From contig NW_025764992.1 in NCBI RefSeq assembly GCF_003918875.1, forward strand, positions 2,108,001 through 2,172,000: 64,000 nt of DNA. The letters run 5' to 3'. The stretch is from Haliotis rubra (Eukaryota). Of this stretch, positions 1-13,502 are shown one piece after another (the first letter of the stretch is position 1; every line of letters starts with the position of its first letter). Position numbers and translations under genes: made by a program. Below the pieces are notes generated by a model. The model was not told the origin of the DNA and ran no database searches. It saw nothing but the letters and a program-made list of their open reading frames with translations.

Positions 1-491
1 TTCTGCATGAATACATCATCCTTGTCAACATGACTTTACTTAAGGTGATAGTGACATGAAGTGTTGCCTGAGTCATACTTATGTCAATATGACTTCAGTA
101 TGAGAAAACAACCAACAAGCATGGGCCCAATTTTCCATTGGGTGTTATAACAGCTGTCCCTGATAATCTTATTGATTTTTTGATAAAATACAGCACAATG
201 ATACTTTTTTGGTATTTCTTCATTATTTACCATGTTTGCAGGACAAAAACAATTGTACAAAATTATATATCAACATTATCATTGTAAAAGTGGCTGATGA
301 ATTCAATACCTGCAAATATGTTTTGTTTAGGTTTATCAGTAGATTGGTTTGGTATTTATTTTATGAAGCATCACAACTTCATGAAGGAAATTGTTGCAAG
401 TAACAATGATTGAAAGAAGAATTGATAGGAACATTGACTAAATGCAGTGATTGAAATGATTCTTCTGACCTTCATACTTCTTCATGTAAAT

Positions 492-650
492 GGGGCTGTG
501 GGGTAGCCTAGTGGTTAAAGCGTTAGCTTGTCACGCCGAAGACCGAGGGTTCAATCCCCACATGACATTGAAAGCTCATTTCTGGTGTCCCCGGCCGTGA
601 TATTGCTGGGATATTGCTGAAAGCTGCGTAAAACCAAACTCACTCACTCA
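492..650 (+). mobile_element. tRNA-derived SINE, family A (about 165 bp, (ctca)n or (gtca)n tail)
   Basis: gggg..gtggggtagcctagtggttaaagcg (A box), ggttcaatccc (B box), cccatttctggtgtcccc body, tail gctggaatattgctaaaagcggcgtaaaac. TSD cttcatgtRaat. About 20 full or partial copies in the window. Confidence 0.85.
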
Positions 651-822
651 CTTCATGTGAATTCTAGTTTGTTATGATACTAATGTTAAGTATAAATTAT
701 ATTGAGAAAGATGATGAAAGTGATGTCCGGAGCTAAATGTTGTTTATATGACGTTACCAGGAGTGATTATATCTTTTCTTCGAATTCTCTGAATGTCTTA
801 GAAATAAATGTTTGGACCATAG

Positions 823-976
823 GAGTGAGTGGGTATGGTCTTACACCACCTTTAGCAATATCCCAGCAATATTACGACAGAATTGGGCTTCACAACTTGT
901 ACCCATGTAGGGAATCGAACCCGGGTCTTTGGCATGACAAGCGAACACTTTAACCACTCGACTACCCAATTGCCCC
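823..976 (-). mobile_element. SINE family A (diverged)
   Basis: Reverse-complement match to the family A consensus. Confidence 0.75.
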
Positions 977-3799
977 TATAGATCATGGAGGCTGTAGTAT
1001 GTTTATTGTTTCTTAAACTAGATGAGGTTGTCAACAGCCTGCACAGGTTGGCCCTATGTTAGCATTGTTATCATGGTGAAACTGTTTACAGAACCTGGTG
1101 GAATGTGGAAAGTAATTAGTCTAGGAGCTGGCCAGTATAGTGACCCAGTGTTGCCACTCTCAGTATGGGTCTGCTTGTAATCTGGAGATCGGACTTAGAA
1201 ATGGGTTAATCAATGGCTGTGCTATCAGGCAGACCTGGGTTCAGGGATAGAGTACCTGTAGTGAACTAGCCTGAGCACCTGGACTGCTAGACGACACACG
1301 CAGTAGTGGTTGGGACATGCTGTTACCATTGCCACACCACTCTCCTTGGGTTTACATCTGTCATGGTATCTACACAGCTATATGATGGTAGTGTTGATGA
1401 AGATAAACACTGTTTACGCCTGGTGTTTGAATTAGCAGTCTGGGTCCTCTTTCATGGAGTGATCAGAACACTGTGATATTGTCTTAGTCTATCTTAAAGT
1501 ATAGGAGTTAAAACAATCCCAGCAGTATAATCACTTTGTGAAACGGGGAGATAGAATGTAATGTCAATCTTTGTACTAACTACTATGAATACACAAAGCC
1601 ATGTAGTAAATGAGTTTGGTTTTACGCCGCTTTTAGCAGTATTCCAGCAATATCACGGCGAGGGACACCAGAAATAGCTACCCTCCACCAATGCCATGTA
1701 GAGTGTACTCAGTAAAGTAGATTTTAGCATTATTAAGCACACAAAAATAAGAAACTTTAAAGGTGTTTGGTTGAGTGGATTTCAGTGGCTAAGACACAAA
1801 GAAAAAATGAATGTGAACCTGTAGCAATGCACTTTGGATGAACAAACATTTGGAAGGACCCATAATATTTATCGTCGCCAGCTTTGGGGACTGGTAGTTT
1901 CAAATACTGGCTGGATCACGATTCACACATGACTTATCAGGATCTACAAGGCTACCTTGTAATGTTGTAGGTAAAATATAAGGCTGTCATGCGACTCACT
2001 CTTTTAGAGTCAAAGGTAACCATGGCAACATAGGGTGAGTTGAAATTGCTGAGTTTTGATGATATATACATGAAATTCATATTTTGGTGAGTGCTGTCTC
2101 TACTGTGGAGATTACTGTTGAAGGGTGCACAGGATGCATGCATTTGTCCTAGCCAGAGGTGTTGAACTAAAACAGAAACTGCAGCATGAGGTATCTGGCG
2201 TCATGGTGCTTGTTTAGAAATTGCTCTGCGTTGGACCTTTTGGGGAGCATGTGTTCTTACAAACAGTTAGTGATGTCTCTGCCAAAATTTTATGTCTGCT
2301 TGCCTGATTTTCGCTCTTACTCTCAACATTATTATTTTCTTATATTTCAGTGTTGTCGTATAGCGTTTTATTTGATAAGGGAAAAAACTGTACAGAAATA
2401 TACAAGACTCCGGTTTTGGACTAGTGGCTAAAGTCACAGACTTGAAAAACGTGTAAGGGAACCAGAGGAGTAGGTTTATGGACTTACAGTTACACAATGT
2501 TTGAAATAAATAATATTGGATAAGAGGTTCAAGTTTCACAGTGAGTTCAATGTTGTGGTGATATTTTCTCCCCCCTAAGTGTCATGTGCCATGATGTTTG
2601 TATGTGTTTCCTTGGTTATAGGGGTTCTTTATAATGAATATATTTATACCTATCAATCACATTGAATTCATATTTGAAATTGATCAAGTTGTTTATTTAT
2701 ATCTGAGTATTAGAACTCGCATTATATGAGCAGATTGATTATTAATGGCTATAAACGACTTCAGTGAGCTTGTAACTTTGAGATTAGCTCAGCCCACAGT
2801 GAAAGTACCTGTTGACTTGCCACGAGCTATAACAGGGGACACTGTGGAGGATTAAGAGCAAGCCAATGTTATACAATAAGGAATAATACTGGTAGCATTA
2901 TGCACAAGGTGCTTCAGATATCACAGTAATATATGCCCCGTGCTGTAGCTGATATTAAAAAGCCATGTCATTTTTACTGGGTGTATTTTTGAATATGAGC
3001 TATAGAATTCTGGTTTAATGATAGTATATGATAATAAGTGCTCAAGAACTGGTGAGTTTGAGTTGACCTCAAAAACCTAGAGTAGGTCAGTGTGGGTTCA
3101 CAACAGTTTGGACAATAGTTTCTCTTGTTAATCTCTAGAGAGTATATGTTATTGCCATTCAGTGCCGAGGGTATCTTTAGAGAGTATCTTTTGTTACCGT
3201 GCAGTTGCAGAGAATAAGTTGGTAACATCAAATGGCAGAAAGTATCTTTTATGAACAAGCAATACTGGTGATCTTTTGTTAATACTTGTTCAGAAATATT
3301 GTTGGGGACAGAATTCAAATTGCCTCTTCTATTAAAATGTGATTTTGATATGTTTAATATCATCAGGGGACCTGCAGTATCATTCTGATACACTTTACAG
3401 AGAATGCAATATGATCATCATTGCATCTAATAATGTAATAATCTACATCTGATTGTTTGGAACTTATGCCCATTTTGTTGATACAAAAGTTATAAAAAAA
3501 CATTGTTGTTTTGTTACAAAAGTAATCCCAAAAACCATGTTGTTTGTTGGGTGCTATTATCAACTTAGCAGCAGTTTTTTATGGACACCTTTAATGGTTA
3601 TATAAGACCATTTATGGGATATTTTAAGGCTGTTTCTTGAAATTGAGATTTTTTTTTAGCTTGTCAGAAATTGTACCAGATCCTCCAGCATAAAACCACA
3701 CTTTTAAAAGGTCTCAATGTATGATTTAGCCCAACTAGTCCACAAACCCAGGGGAAATGTAGTCTTGTTCAGAACTCCATCAATCTTTCAAACACTTCA

Positions 3800-5437
3800 C
3801 AGTATTGTACTGGCTGACTTGCTTCAGGTTGTAACCCTGCCTCCCAGTATTGTACTGGCTGACTTGCTTCAGGTTGTAACCCTGCCTCCCAGTATTGTAC
3901 TGGCTGACTTGCTTCAGGTTGTAACCTTGCTTCCAGTTGTAACCCTGCCTCTCTTGCCTCCCAGTGTTGTAGTGGCTGACATGCTTCAAGTTGTCACCCT
4001 GCCTCCCAGTGTTGTAGTGGCTGACTTGCTTCAGGTTGTAACCCTGCCTCCCAGTGTTGTAGTGGCTGACGTGCTTCAAGTTGTCACCCTGCCTCCCAGT
4101 GTTGTAGTGGCTGACTTGCTTCAGGTTGTAACCCTGCCTCCCAGTGTTGTAGTGGCTGACTTGCTTCAGGTTGTAACCCTGCCTCCTGACAGCTTCAGGT
4201 TGTAGTGGCTGACTTGCTTCAGGTTGTAACCCTGCCTCCCAGTGTTGTAGTGGCTGACTTGCTTCAGGTTGTAACCCTGCCTCCCAGTGTTGTAGTGGCT
4301 GACTTGCTTCAGGTTGTCACCCTGCCTCCCAGTGTTGTAGTGGCTGACTTGCTTCAGGTTGTAACACCCTGCCTCCCAGTAGTGTTGTGTTGCTGACTTC
4401 CCAGTGTTGTAGTGGGTTGTAACTTGCCTGCCTCCCAGTGTTGTAGCCTCCCAGTGTTGTAGTGGCTGACTTGCTTCAGGTTGTAACCCTGCCTCCCAGT
4501 GTTGTAGTGGCTGACTTGCTTCAGGTTGTAACCCTGCCTCCCAGTGTTGTAGTGGACTGACTTCTGCCTCAGGTTGTAACCCTGCCTCCCAGTGTTGTAG
4601 TGGCTGACTTGCTTCAGGTTGTAACCCTGCCTCCCAGTGTTGTAGTGGCTGGCTGACTGCTTCAGGTTGTAACCCTGCCTCCCAGTGTTGTAGTGGCTGA
4701 CTTGCTTCAGGTTGTAACCCTGCCTCCCAGTGTTGCTTCAAGGTTGTAGCCTCCCAGTGGTTGTCTGACTTGCTTCAGGTTGTAACCCTGCCTCCCTGTG
4801 TTGTTGTGGCTGACTTGCTTCAGGTTGTAACCCTGCCTCCCAGTGTTGTAGTGGCAGTGTTGTAGTGACTTGCTTCAGGTTGTAACCCTGCCTCCCAGTG
4901 TTGTAGTGGCTGACTTGCTTTCAGGTTGTAACCCTGCCTCCCAGTGTTGTAGTGGCTGACTTGCTTCAGGTTGTAGTGGTTGACCCTGCCTCCCAGTGTT
5001 GTAGTGGCTGACTTGCTTCAGGTTGTAACCCTGCCTCCCAGTATTGTAGTGGCTGACTGTTGTAGCCTCCCAGTGTTGTAGTGGCTGACTTGCTTCAGGT
5101 TGTAACCCTGCCTCCCAGTCCCAGTGTGACGTGCTTCAAGTTGTAACCCTGCCTCCCAGTGTTGTAGTGGCTGACTTGCTTCAGGTTGTCACCCTGCCTC
5201 CCAGTGTTGTAGTGGCTGACTTGCTTCAGGTTGTAACCCTGCCTCCCAGTGTTGTAGTGGCTGACTTGCTTCAGGTTGTCACCCTGCCTCCCAGTGTTGT
5301 AGTGGCTGACTTGCTTCAGGTTGTAACCCTGCCTCCCAGTGTTGTAGTGGCTGACTTGCTTCAGGTTGTAACCCTGCCTTCCTGTGTTGTCCTGACTTGC
5401 TTCAGGTTGTCACCCTGCCTCCCAGTGTTGTCCTGGC
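3800..5437. repeat. 45-bp minisatellite (cccagtgttgtagtggctgacttgcttcaggttgtaaccctgcct)n, about 35 units
   Basis: Directly visible. It accounts for the periodic ORFs at 3717-5505. The central part (about 4370-5130) is scrambled. Confidence 0.97.
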
Positions 5438-7586
5438 TAATATCAATATTTATGTTCAACAAACTAATACAGGTAGTATTTCATGGTATAGTTCCTGCAA
5501 TTTAATGATTTATATAAATTGAATCGATCCTGTGCATAGCTTTATTGACAATTTTGTGAGCATTATGACAAAAAGAATAAACATAAAGATATTGTACACT
5601 AGGTTCATTTGTTTACTTTTTCTGCGACAAATGTAATGCAGGTTATGGATTGTTTGCTGGTGTTATTGCTGCACACCGCATGTGTCGTGTGTTCTTGTTG
5701 TCTCTCATTGAAGTCAGGACTGAGAGTGAAACATGGCTGCATCTCCAGGCACACATGCCATTACATTGTTTTGACAACAGGTTGGCCTCTCACATAGTGT
5801 CAGTGCATGGCGTTGTCACCATATCTACCTGGATGCAATGTGTGGCTCTTGTTAAAAAACACCACCTTACTCGGCAGTGATTGTGGCATGAAATATTGAG
5901 CCCTTAACTGTTGAAAAACAGATGTTCGTTGCCGCTTGTTAATGATCAATTTGCATGGTTAAAGTCTCTCAGTGGTAACCTATGGTAGCTGCACTAGTCA
6001 AATTCTACTTAACATGGCTAAGTGTTGACAAGGAAAATGTAAATTGCATGTTATCAGATTTGTTTTCAGCTCATTGTTTCTAGGGTCAAATTTCTTTTTT
6101 TGCTGTGCTCATTACAGCCTTGAAGGTTTTAAATGGAGGATTTGACATTATGTCGGTGCAAGGTTATGTAGGAGTTATTGGTGACTTGCTGATACGTGAA
6201 CTGCATGCTTTGACTGTGAGATTCTGGAATAAATACGATAGCCATTGTAGGACCATACACGTCACGGCTTAGTGCCACTGTTGCCTTACTTTGAAGCTGA
6301 GCTGTGAAAGGAAGTTGGGAAAGATTATAAACACTGTCATGTATACCTGTATGTTCACAGATTGAAAGGTAATTCAATGTAATTATGTCTTGTTGAGTGC
6401 TATACCAGGACGTGTAGCCGTTCAATAATAGACTACGGGTTGAGTGGCCAGATAGTGATTCTCGTACACCCTATTCTGTGCATGTGGAGGTCTTCAGGGA
6501 AATCTTGTGTGGAAAGGTTATGAAATATTTGAGTAAGTGTGGTGGTGGTGATCAGGTTGTAATTCCTTGGAGGTGAGTGCTGTCACGGAGGCATTCATCA
6601 ACTCCGACGTTACACGCTCTGACAATCACTCTAGATTTATGAACAGCTCTTATTTGAGAGCTATAGGTATGGGGATATTTGGCAAGTAAATTAAGTGATT
6701 GCAGTGTTTTGAAGGATTTGATCGGTCAAATCTTGACGGTCTGTTATTGTGCTGAGTTGGAGAGAACAGAACAGGTAGGGGTCAAGTCAGTTTCTTATTG
6801 ACTAGCATGCTGGGAGATTAGGCGTGGATTTACTGCTTTATGGAGGTGTGTTTTGGGTTGACTCCATATCTAAGCTGCTATTCACAATGGTGTAAGCTCT
6901 CAGTGGGTAATCAACCAAACATTCCTTGCACTTGGAGTTGTTAAATAGATTTTGTTTTCAGTCTGTTTTGTACATGTTGTTCAAATAATATGTTGTTTTG
7001 AACACTGTGAAGTATCCATTGCTCATCAATTTGCTGATGTTAATGAAATTGGTTTTCTATGAAAGAAAATCATGTAATTTGTATTGAACACTTTTCGTTT
7101 AGAAAATTCTTAAGATATTATATTATCATTTCATGATCCATTATTATGTTATTGGACTGGTAATCATGTTTATCATGTTTTATCTTACCATACACAGGAA
7201 TGTAAGATTCTCGTTAAATGAGAACTATTCTTATATTTTCCATGCTCACATGTAAAATATATTTGTTATATTCCCAGTTTTACTGACAAAATGTCGACAT
7301 GATATTTGCAAAATAGCATCATCTATTTTATATATTTTGATGTAGGACACATTGCTCTAGATGTTTATACTATTTTCAGAAGGAATTAGATATAAGTGGA
7401 ATAGCTCCAGGTTTGTTTTCTGCCACATGAAAGTGAGTAAATGTGTAACCATGGTATTCTTATGGATATGCACCAAAGCATTACCTTCAATATAACTATG
7501 TGTGAGGTAACATCACTTCATTGTCCACTGATCCCTTGTGTGTCCCTTAAAACCAATGTACAACTTGTAATTTATCAGTGGTATAT

Positions 7587-7958
7587 ATAGAGGATACTAA
7601 ACGACCTTCCGTGTAATACCATTTTTATGAAACGAGTTAATGATTTGGTATCAAACGAGTGAAAGCGAGTTTGATGCTAAATCTTTCACGAGTTTAATAA
7701 AAATAGTATTTCACGGAAGCAAGTTTAGTATTCTGTTTATTACCCTCCAACATAAACTGATAGAAACAGCCTACGAAGTGTGATGACTCTCAGCTTTCCA
7801 CGAGTCAAGTAAGGTCCAATACAATTGTGACAGAAGTATTAGCATTGTGATGTCATAACTGTAAAACATTATGACGTCATACGTCTAGCGGTATTACACT
7901 AGTGTAATATTGTCGTAAAACTATTACACTGCAGTATCTTCCACGGGCGAGTAATAAA
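7587..7958. mobile_element. Palindromic repeat element with a hairpin of about 150 bp
   Basis: gatactaaac..cttccgtgtaataccatttttat.aaac..gatttggtatcaaac is mirrored by gtttgatgctaaatc..gtttaataaaaatagtatttcacggaag..gtttagtatt. tttattac at about 7736 is mirrored by gtaataaa at about 7951. Confidence 0.6.
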
Positions 7959-8127
7959 CCTTTAGTATTGAGAAAGTGTACAATATTACTGACCGAACAG
8001 CGATGAAATGTATGTCACCATCATAGCTCTAGGCCTCTTGTGTTCTCTTTATTACCAGGAACTTGTGCTGAAGTTGGTACTGAATCTATGATACCATATA
8101 CAATGTCAAAATTGTTCATATTTCCAA

Positions 8128-8480
8128 GACCGCCTCCGTGGTGTGGTGGTTAGAGCGTCCGCCCGGAGAGCGGAAGGTCGTGGGTTCGATCCCCAACCGC
8201 GTCATACCAAAAAGACGTTAAAATATGGTACTTGTTGGTCCCTGCCTGGCGCATTAATGGGTACAACAAGGACTGGTCAGCTCGGAGTCAGTATAATGTG
8301 TCTGAGTGGGGTATTCATGCTTCACTGCGGCATGGTATCTCAGTGGGCTAGCACTATAAAACCAGCTTAAGTCTGGGCTAGTACAAGCAGCCACACATAC
8401 ACATACACATGCATGCACGTCGTCATATGAGCGAAATATTCTCAAGCACGAAGTAAAACCCAATTTCACCTCACCTCACC
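8128..8480 (+). mobile_element. tRNA-derived SINE, family B (about 360 bp, (cacct)n tail)
   Basis: A box tggtgtggtgg and B box ggttcgatccc. TSD tcatatttccaa(g) on both sides. Near-identical copies at 22310 and 51593. Confidence 0.9.
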
Positions 8481-11296
8481 TCATATTTCCAAGGAAAGAA
8501 TTCCCACCAAAATTGTGTCACCTGTATGCCAATACCATTGAATGCAACATGTGACTATGTTTTGGATGCCGATAAACACCAATTCATTATTTACCTTTGT
8601 GTTAATGTTTTTTCCAGAGTGAACTAATTGTAGGTATTTTGGTGGTGGTGGTTTACGAGCAACTACTTAAGCAGTTAGGTGGGGCATTAAATATTCCTAG
8701 GTTGTAGCTCAGTAACCTGGTACAATCTGATCCTGAGCTTGTCGCACACAGATTGCTGATAAGTCCACAAGCCAATGCAGTGGGACTATATTGCCAGTAC
8801 ACCAAATTACTGCACACTTCACCTGGCACAAATCACTGGTAGGTTTCAACCACCAGACATGTACCAGTACGCCAAGCAATCTGAAGACACCTCACCTGTA
8901 TGACAGTCTGACTTTGATGTTGTTATCTCTCTGAACTAGCCATTCTGGGGAGCCATGTGTGTAATTGCCCTTGAATCGATGAGGTACATGATTTGATTAA
9001 CACTTGTTAAATCCTCTCGGCCGAGACACACTGGTGGGCAGGGACATAGTATTTGAATGTAGTATCCCTCCGAACTACAGATTTTATGTTAGGGTTATGG
9101 CTAGGATAAAAAATGCTTTTCATGCTTTATTTTAAACACTGGCATTTTACTTGATTAGCTTGGTTTAGGTATTTTATGACCTTGAAATTCAGGAATGTGG
9201 GTGAAAAAAATCTGATAAATTTATTGTTTTTTATAACTTTCCAATCTCAAAACGTTTAGAGATAACAGAATGTAAATATTTTGTATGTAATTTTATTGAT
9301 GGTTATTTTTTTAAATGGTTATTGATACAAAAATCTGTAGACCAAAATAAAATGGAATTACAGTTGTTGACATCAGCGATATTAATGTCAAGAGTTCCTG
9401 TCATTTGCTTTTTCATGGTTTAATTCATATCATTGTTGTCACTACCATGGTCGCCAACAGTGACTGGTATTAGTTGTTTGGCTGTCGTTCTGTAGATCTG
9501 GGTTAAGAAAACATTCTGAAAGATTCCAACATACTCTCCAGTCAGTGACTCTTTAGTACAATGGTTTGATTTGTTTACAAAATATATCAAAAGTTAGAAT
9601 TACAAAGAAAGCCTTTAATATTTTAATATGGACCGCTGCTGTTCCCCATATCATATTTATAATCATTGACAGCTGATTCATCATTTCATATTTGTTGAAG
9701 ATATTGAAATAGTCAATGGGCTTACTACAAATGTGTAGTGCCTTATAACATGTACAGATAGACTCGTGTTCCTCCTCTTGAAATGTGGCCTTATACACAG
9801 TGTAAATAGTGCTTTTGATATTTCAGCCAGGATAAGCACATGATAAGAGAACGTTATTTTCAAGAAGTATGTATGAGCAGCCTGTTGCGAACAGTTATTC
9901 TACTATTTCACTATTTTCACCTTGTTGTGCTGCCATCTTGTCCAGTTCAAAGTAGTGGAGTAACTTGGTCTGAACTTGTTCAACTCGTATAAAATAGTCC
10001 ACTCCCTTATTGGAAATGTTAATGTTGTTAGTGGAACTGAGATGTTTGTTCAGACAGGTTAGTAATGGACTGCTCGGCTATTTCTGAAGTCAGTCACCAA
10101 AGGGGCACCCCTTCCCTCAACAAACATGCACCTACAATAGGTTAAAAGGGTTATACAACTTATGGCAATTTTATCAAGCAGTTTACGCATTTGTCTACAT
10201 ACGGTAAGAATAGGTTGAGATTATTTTTTTCTGGCAAGCTTGTGCCTCAGTTGTGTATGTAAATAGTTTCTGTATTGATCAAATGCATCAAAAGCATTCA
10301 CTCTAATGAGGTAAGGTATTACTGCTATTTTCAACTGTTTACCTTGAGTGTTGAATTTTCATAAATAGCCGAGTCAAATTGCCGACTTAAGTCCATGTCT
10401 TGACTTGGTTGGGAGAAAACGTTCTTGGGGATATCAGAATGTGTTTGTACATGATCTTTCCCAGTTATGTAAAAGAGATATTTTAGTTTCACTAGTCCAC
10501 AAAAACCTTTTGCCAGTAAAGTAAGTGCTAGTTTATAAAAATACATGAAAGTCAAGGGGACCTTGATGTACTGTCAAAAATGATAGATTTATGTGGCCCT
10601 AGATTAAAGTAGTAAAGTGTAAATTCATGCTAAACATAATGAATAAGGAGTTAAAGGTACCTATATGTGTTATACCAAATATATAGGTGTCGTGCCATGC
10701 AGCAACTCTGTAGTATTGTATGTGTGGAGTACATTCAGGAGTGTTTGGAAAGCGTTGAGCCTGGTTTACATACAGTATTTAAATGCTGACATTTTCTAGT
10801 TGAGGTATTGTTTCCCTGCCTAAGCTGGGTCACCTAGCCAGCCAAGTAGGATTATCGTAAGCAATGGTGAGTGAGAGTTTCCAATAGCTAGGGCAGTAGT
10901 ATATCACTGACTTTACTAGCAAGACCCAACATGTAGAACAATGACTTGTAACGCCTTTGCTTATGTCTGTATTTCTCATGTGTTTCATGAACATTGGGGA
11001 TGTGTTTCTGCTTGCGTGAACATTGTTGTTTTAGAAATGTGAATTAATGGTTTCTAACTTGAGTTAATTTCATGGTTTCTATAAGAGATGTGGCTTATTG
11101 TATTCTGGTACACCTATGTCACTGAGTTGAGCCAACAAATGATGGCTTGTTCCTGTGTGCCTGATTCTGTGCTGAGGTTTGTCAACTTGAATATGTTTTG
11201 TATGTTAAAATACTTCAGTGTTGATCTAAGTTAGGTGTTACTTGTTGACATGTTTACTTTATACTTGATTGTTGTGCATGTTGTAGGCTTGATAAA

Positions 11297-12160
11297 TGTT
11301 ACTGGCTTCAGTGGAATGTTACTAGCATCAGTGGAATGTTACTAGCGTCAGTGGATTGTTACTAGCATCAGTGGAATGTTACTAGCGTCAGTGGAATGTT
11401 ACTAGCATCAGTGGAATGTTACTAGCATCAGTGGAATGTTACTAGCATCAGTGGAATGTTACTAGCATCAGTGGAATGTTACTAGCATCAGTGGAATGTT
11501 ACTAGCTAGCGTCAGTGGAATGTTACTAGCATCAGTGGAATGTTACTAGCGTCAGTGGAATGTACTAGCATCAGTGGATTGTTACTAGCATCAGTAGAAT
11601 GTTACTGGCATAAGTGTTTACTAGCCAGTGGAATGTTACTAGCGTCAGTGGATTGTTACTAGCGTCAGTAGAATGTTACTGGCATAAGTGGAATGTTACT
11701 AGCATCAGTAGATTGTTACTGGCTTCAGTGGAATGTTACTAGCGTCAGTGGATTGTTACTAGCTTTGTAATGTTACAAGCTGTGTATAATGCACTGGTAC
11801 CTGGTTGAGTCACAATGCAATGTTTCTTACCACAGTTTTACTTATCTCAATGCCTTGTTACTAGCCTTGATGTAGTATTTCTAGCTTCGGTGCATTGTTA
11901 CTGGTTTCAGTGCAGTGGTATTAGCTCTAATGCAGTGTTACTAGCCTCAATGCACTGTATCTAACTTCAGTGCATTGTTACTTGCCTTAATGCTCTGTTA
12001 CTAGCTACAGTGCTGTTACTTGCCTCAAAGCATTGTTACTTATTTTAATGCACTGTTACTCACATAAATGTATTAGCCATAATTCAGTGTTAATGGCCAC
12101 AATTCAGCATTACTAGCCACAGAACATTTTAATAAGTCTCAGTGCAGTGTTACTAGCCTC
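11297..12160. repeat. 20-bp minisatellite (tgttactagcatcagtggaa)n with a degenerate tail of about 21-bp period
   Basis: Near-perfect units 11297-11763, then decayed tgttactagc-containing units to about 12160. Confidence 0.93.
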
Positions 12161-13173
12161 ATCTCCTGTACGGCATCTATGGTGAAAATATACTGATGGA
12201 AACAAATAAGGGAACACCACTTCATGGTAGTGTTCCTTTATTTATTATCAGATTTCTTCCCACAGCGCTATTCAAAGCTGGTGATGGAAACGGGAAAGTA
12301 TTAAAAGAACGCTTGAATTTTCCTGTGTTCCTTTATTTGTTTCTCTCAGTATATATGTCCCTATCCATGCTATTTATCTGTCTGTGCTATTCAGTAGAGC
12401 TTAGCAAGGTAAATGTGTCAGCAAGAAATGGCCTGTCACAAACAGCATGAACAGTGTGACAGTTGCCTTGTTTATGATGTGCTGCCAGCAAGGGCTTTGA
12501 TGTATTTCTCTACCTTAATTAACTGCCTACAAAAACATGCTGACAATGGAATATGGGGTGTCCATGTCTTTATTCATGGTTTCACAGAGGTGTCAACAGT
12601 GCAATATAATGTATACAAATAACACCCCGTGCAGGTTTTTAGGCTTAGATTGATCCATGGTGTTAATCATGGGAACCTCATTGTTATTGTGGGGGATCCA
12701 TACTGTTTGTGAAGGGTCACTCAACCATGCCGGGACGACTGTGGACATAGTGGACAAGCTTCACTGAATCCACTGTAGTACTATCCAGGGTTTATTTGGT
12801 CTAGGAAGTGCTGAGCTGGTCACTTAGTCCGAGAGGTTTGACAGGTAGCCATGGGAGTATTAGGCTCACTTTCCAGTTTTTAGCTTAATGCCTTATTAGT
12901 TAACAATTGATATGGCAAGAAATTCCATGTAGGTTGTTAGGGAAAAATAATTTCAACTACCTGTTTTGTACTCCTACTTGTGAGGGGAAATCAGACCTGT
13001 AGGTGTCACCATCACAGAAGTACGAATGTAAACCGATACAGATGTTTGATTGAGTTTTTTGTAAGAAGAAATGTTTTGAACACACTATTCACCATTTTAC
13101 AAACAGTGGTGATAACGTCTTGTGGCTTTGAGCTATATTTTCAGTAACTTTATCATAAGGACAACCATTATTA

Positions 13174-13502
13174 TTAGGGCCTAAAATAAAAATGTTGTGG
13201 TTTCGATTACCTGACCGACCTTTGAATTCTCGTGCCGACCCTAATTTTTTTAAGCGGTATAAATGAAATAAGCTTTTAGATACCATTGTCTTTTCCTGGC
13301 ACCGACGGACATCCGTCATTCTGATAGAGAGAGTTGACATGATGGCCGAAACCTTGATTGAATAAACAATTATACATTGATAAATGTGTAATTAGTTTGT
13401 ACTTTACTTCGAAAATAAAATGTTTAAAAACAAATGCTACCTACCTACCCTAAATTTTAAAGAGGTGTAATCAGAACCACAATTTTTTTTTATTTGGCCT
13501 AG
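13174..13502. mobile_element. MITE
   Basis: Imperfect TIR tagggcctaaaataaaaa..tgtggtttcgattac / gtaatcagaaccaca..ttttttatttggccta. Internal cctacc repeats. Confidence 0.65.

Noticed and set aside
3717-5505. Repetitive ORFs of 60-190 aa on both strands
   Set aside because: By-product of a 45-bp tandem repeat, with frameshifts inside the array and no gene structure.
8128-8210. tRNA gene (also the heads of other family A/B copies)
   Set aside because: A/B boxes are followed by SINE body, microsatellite tail and TSDs. There is no complete acceptor stem or oligo-T terminator.
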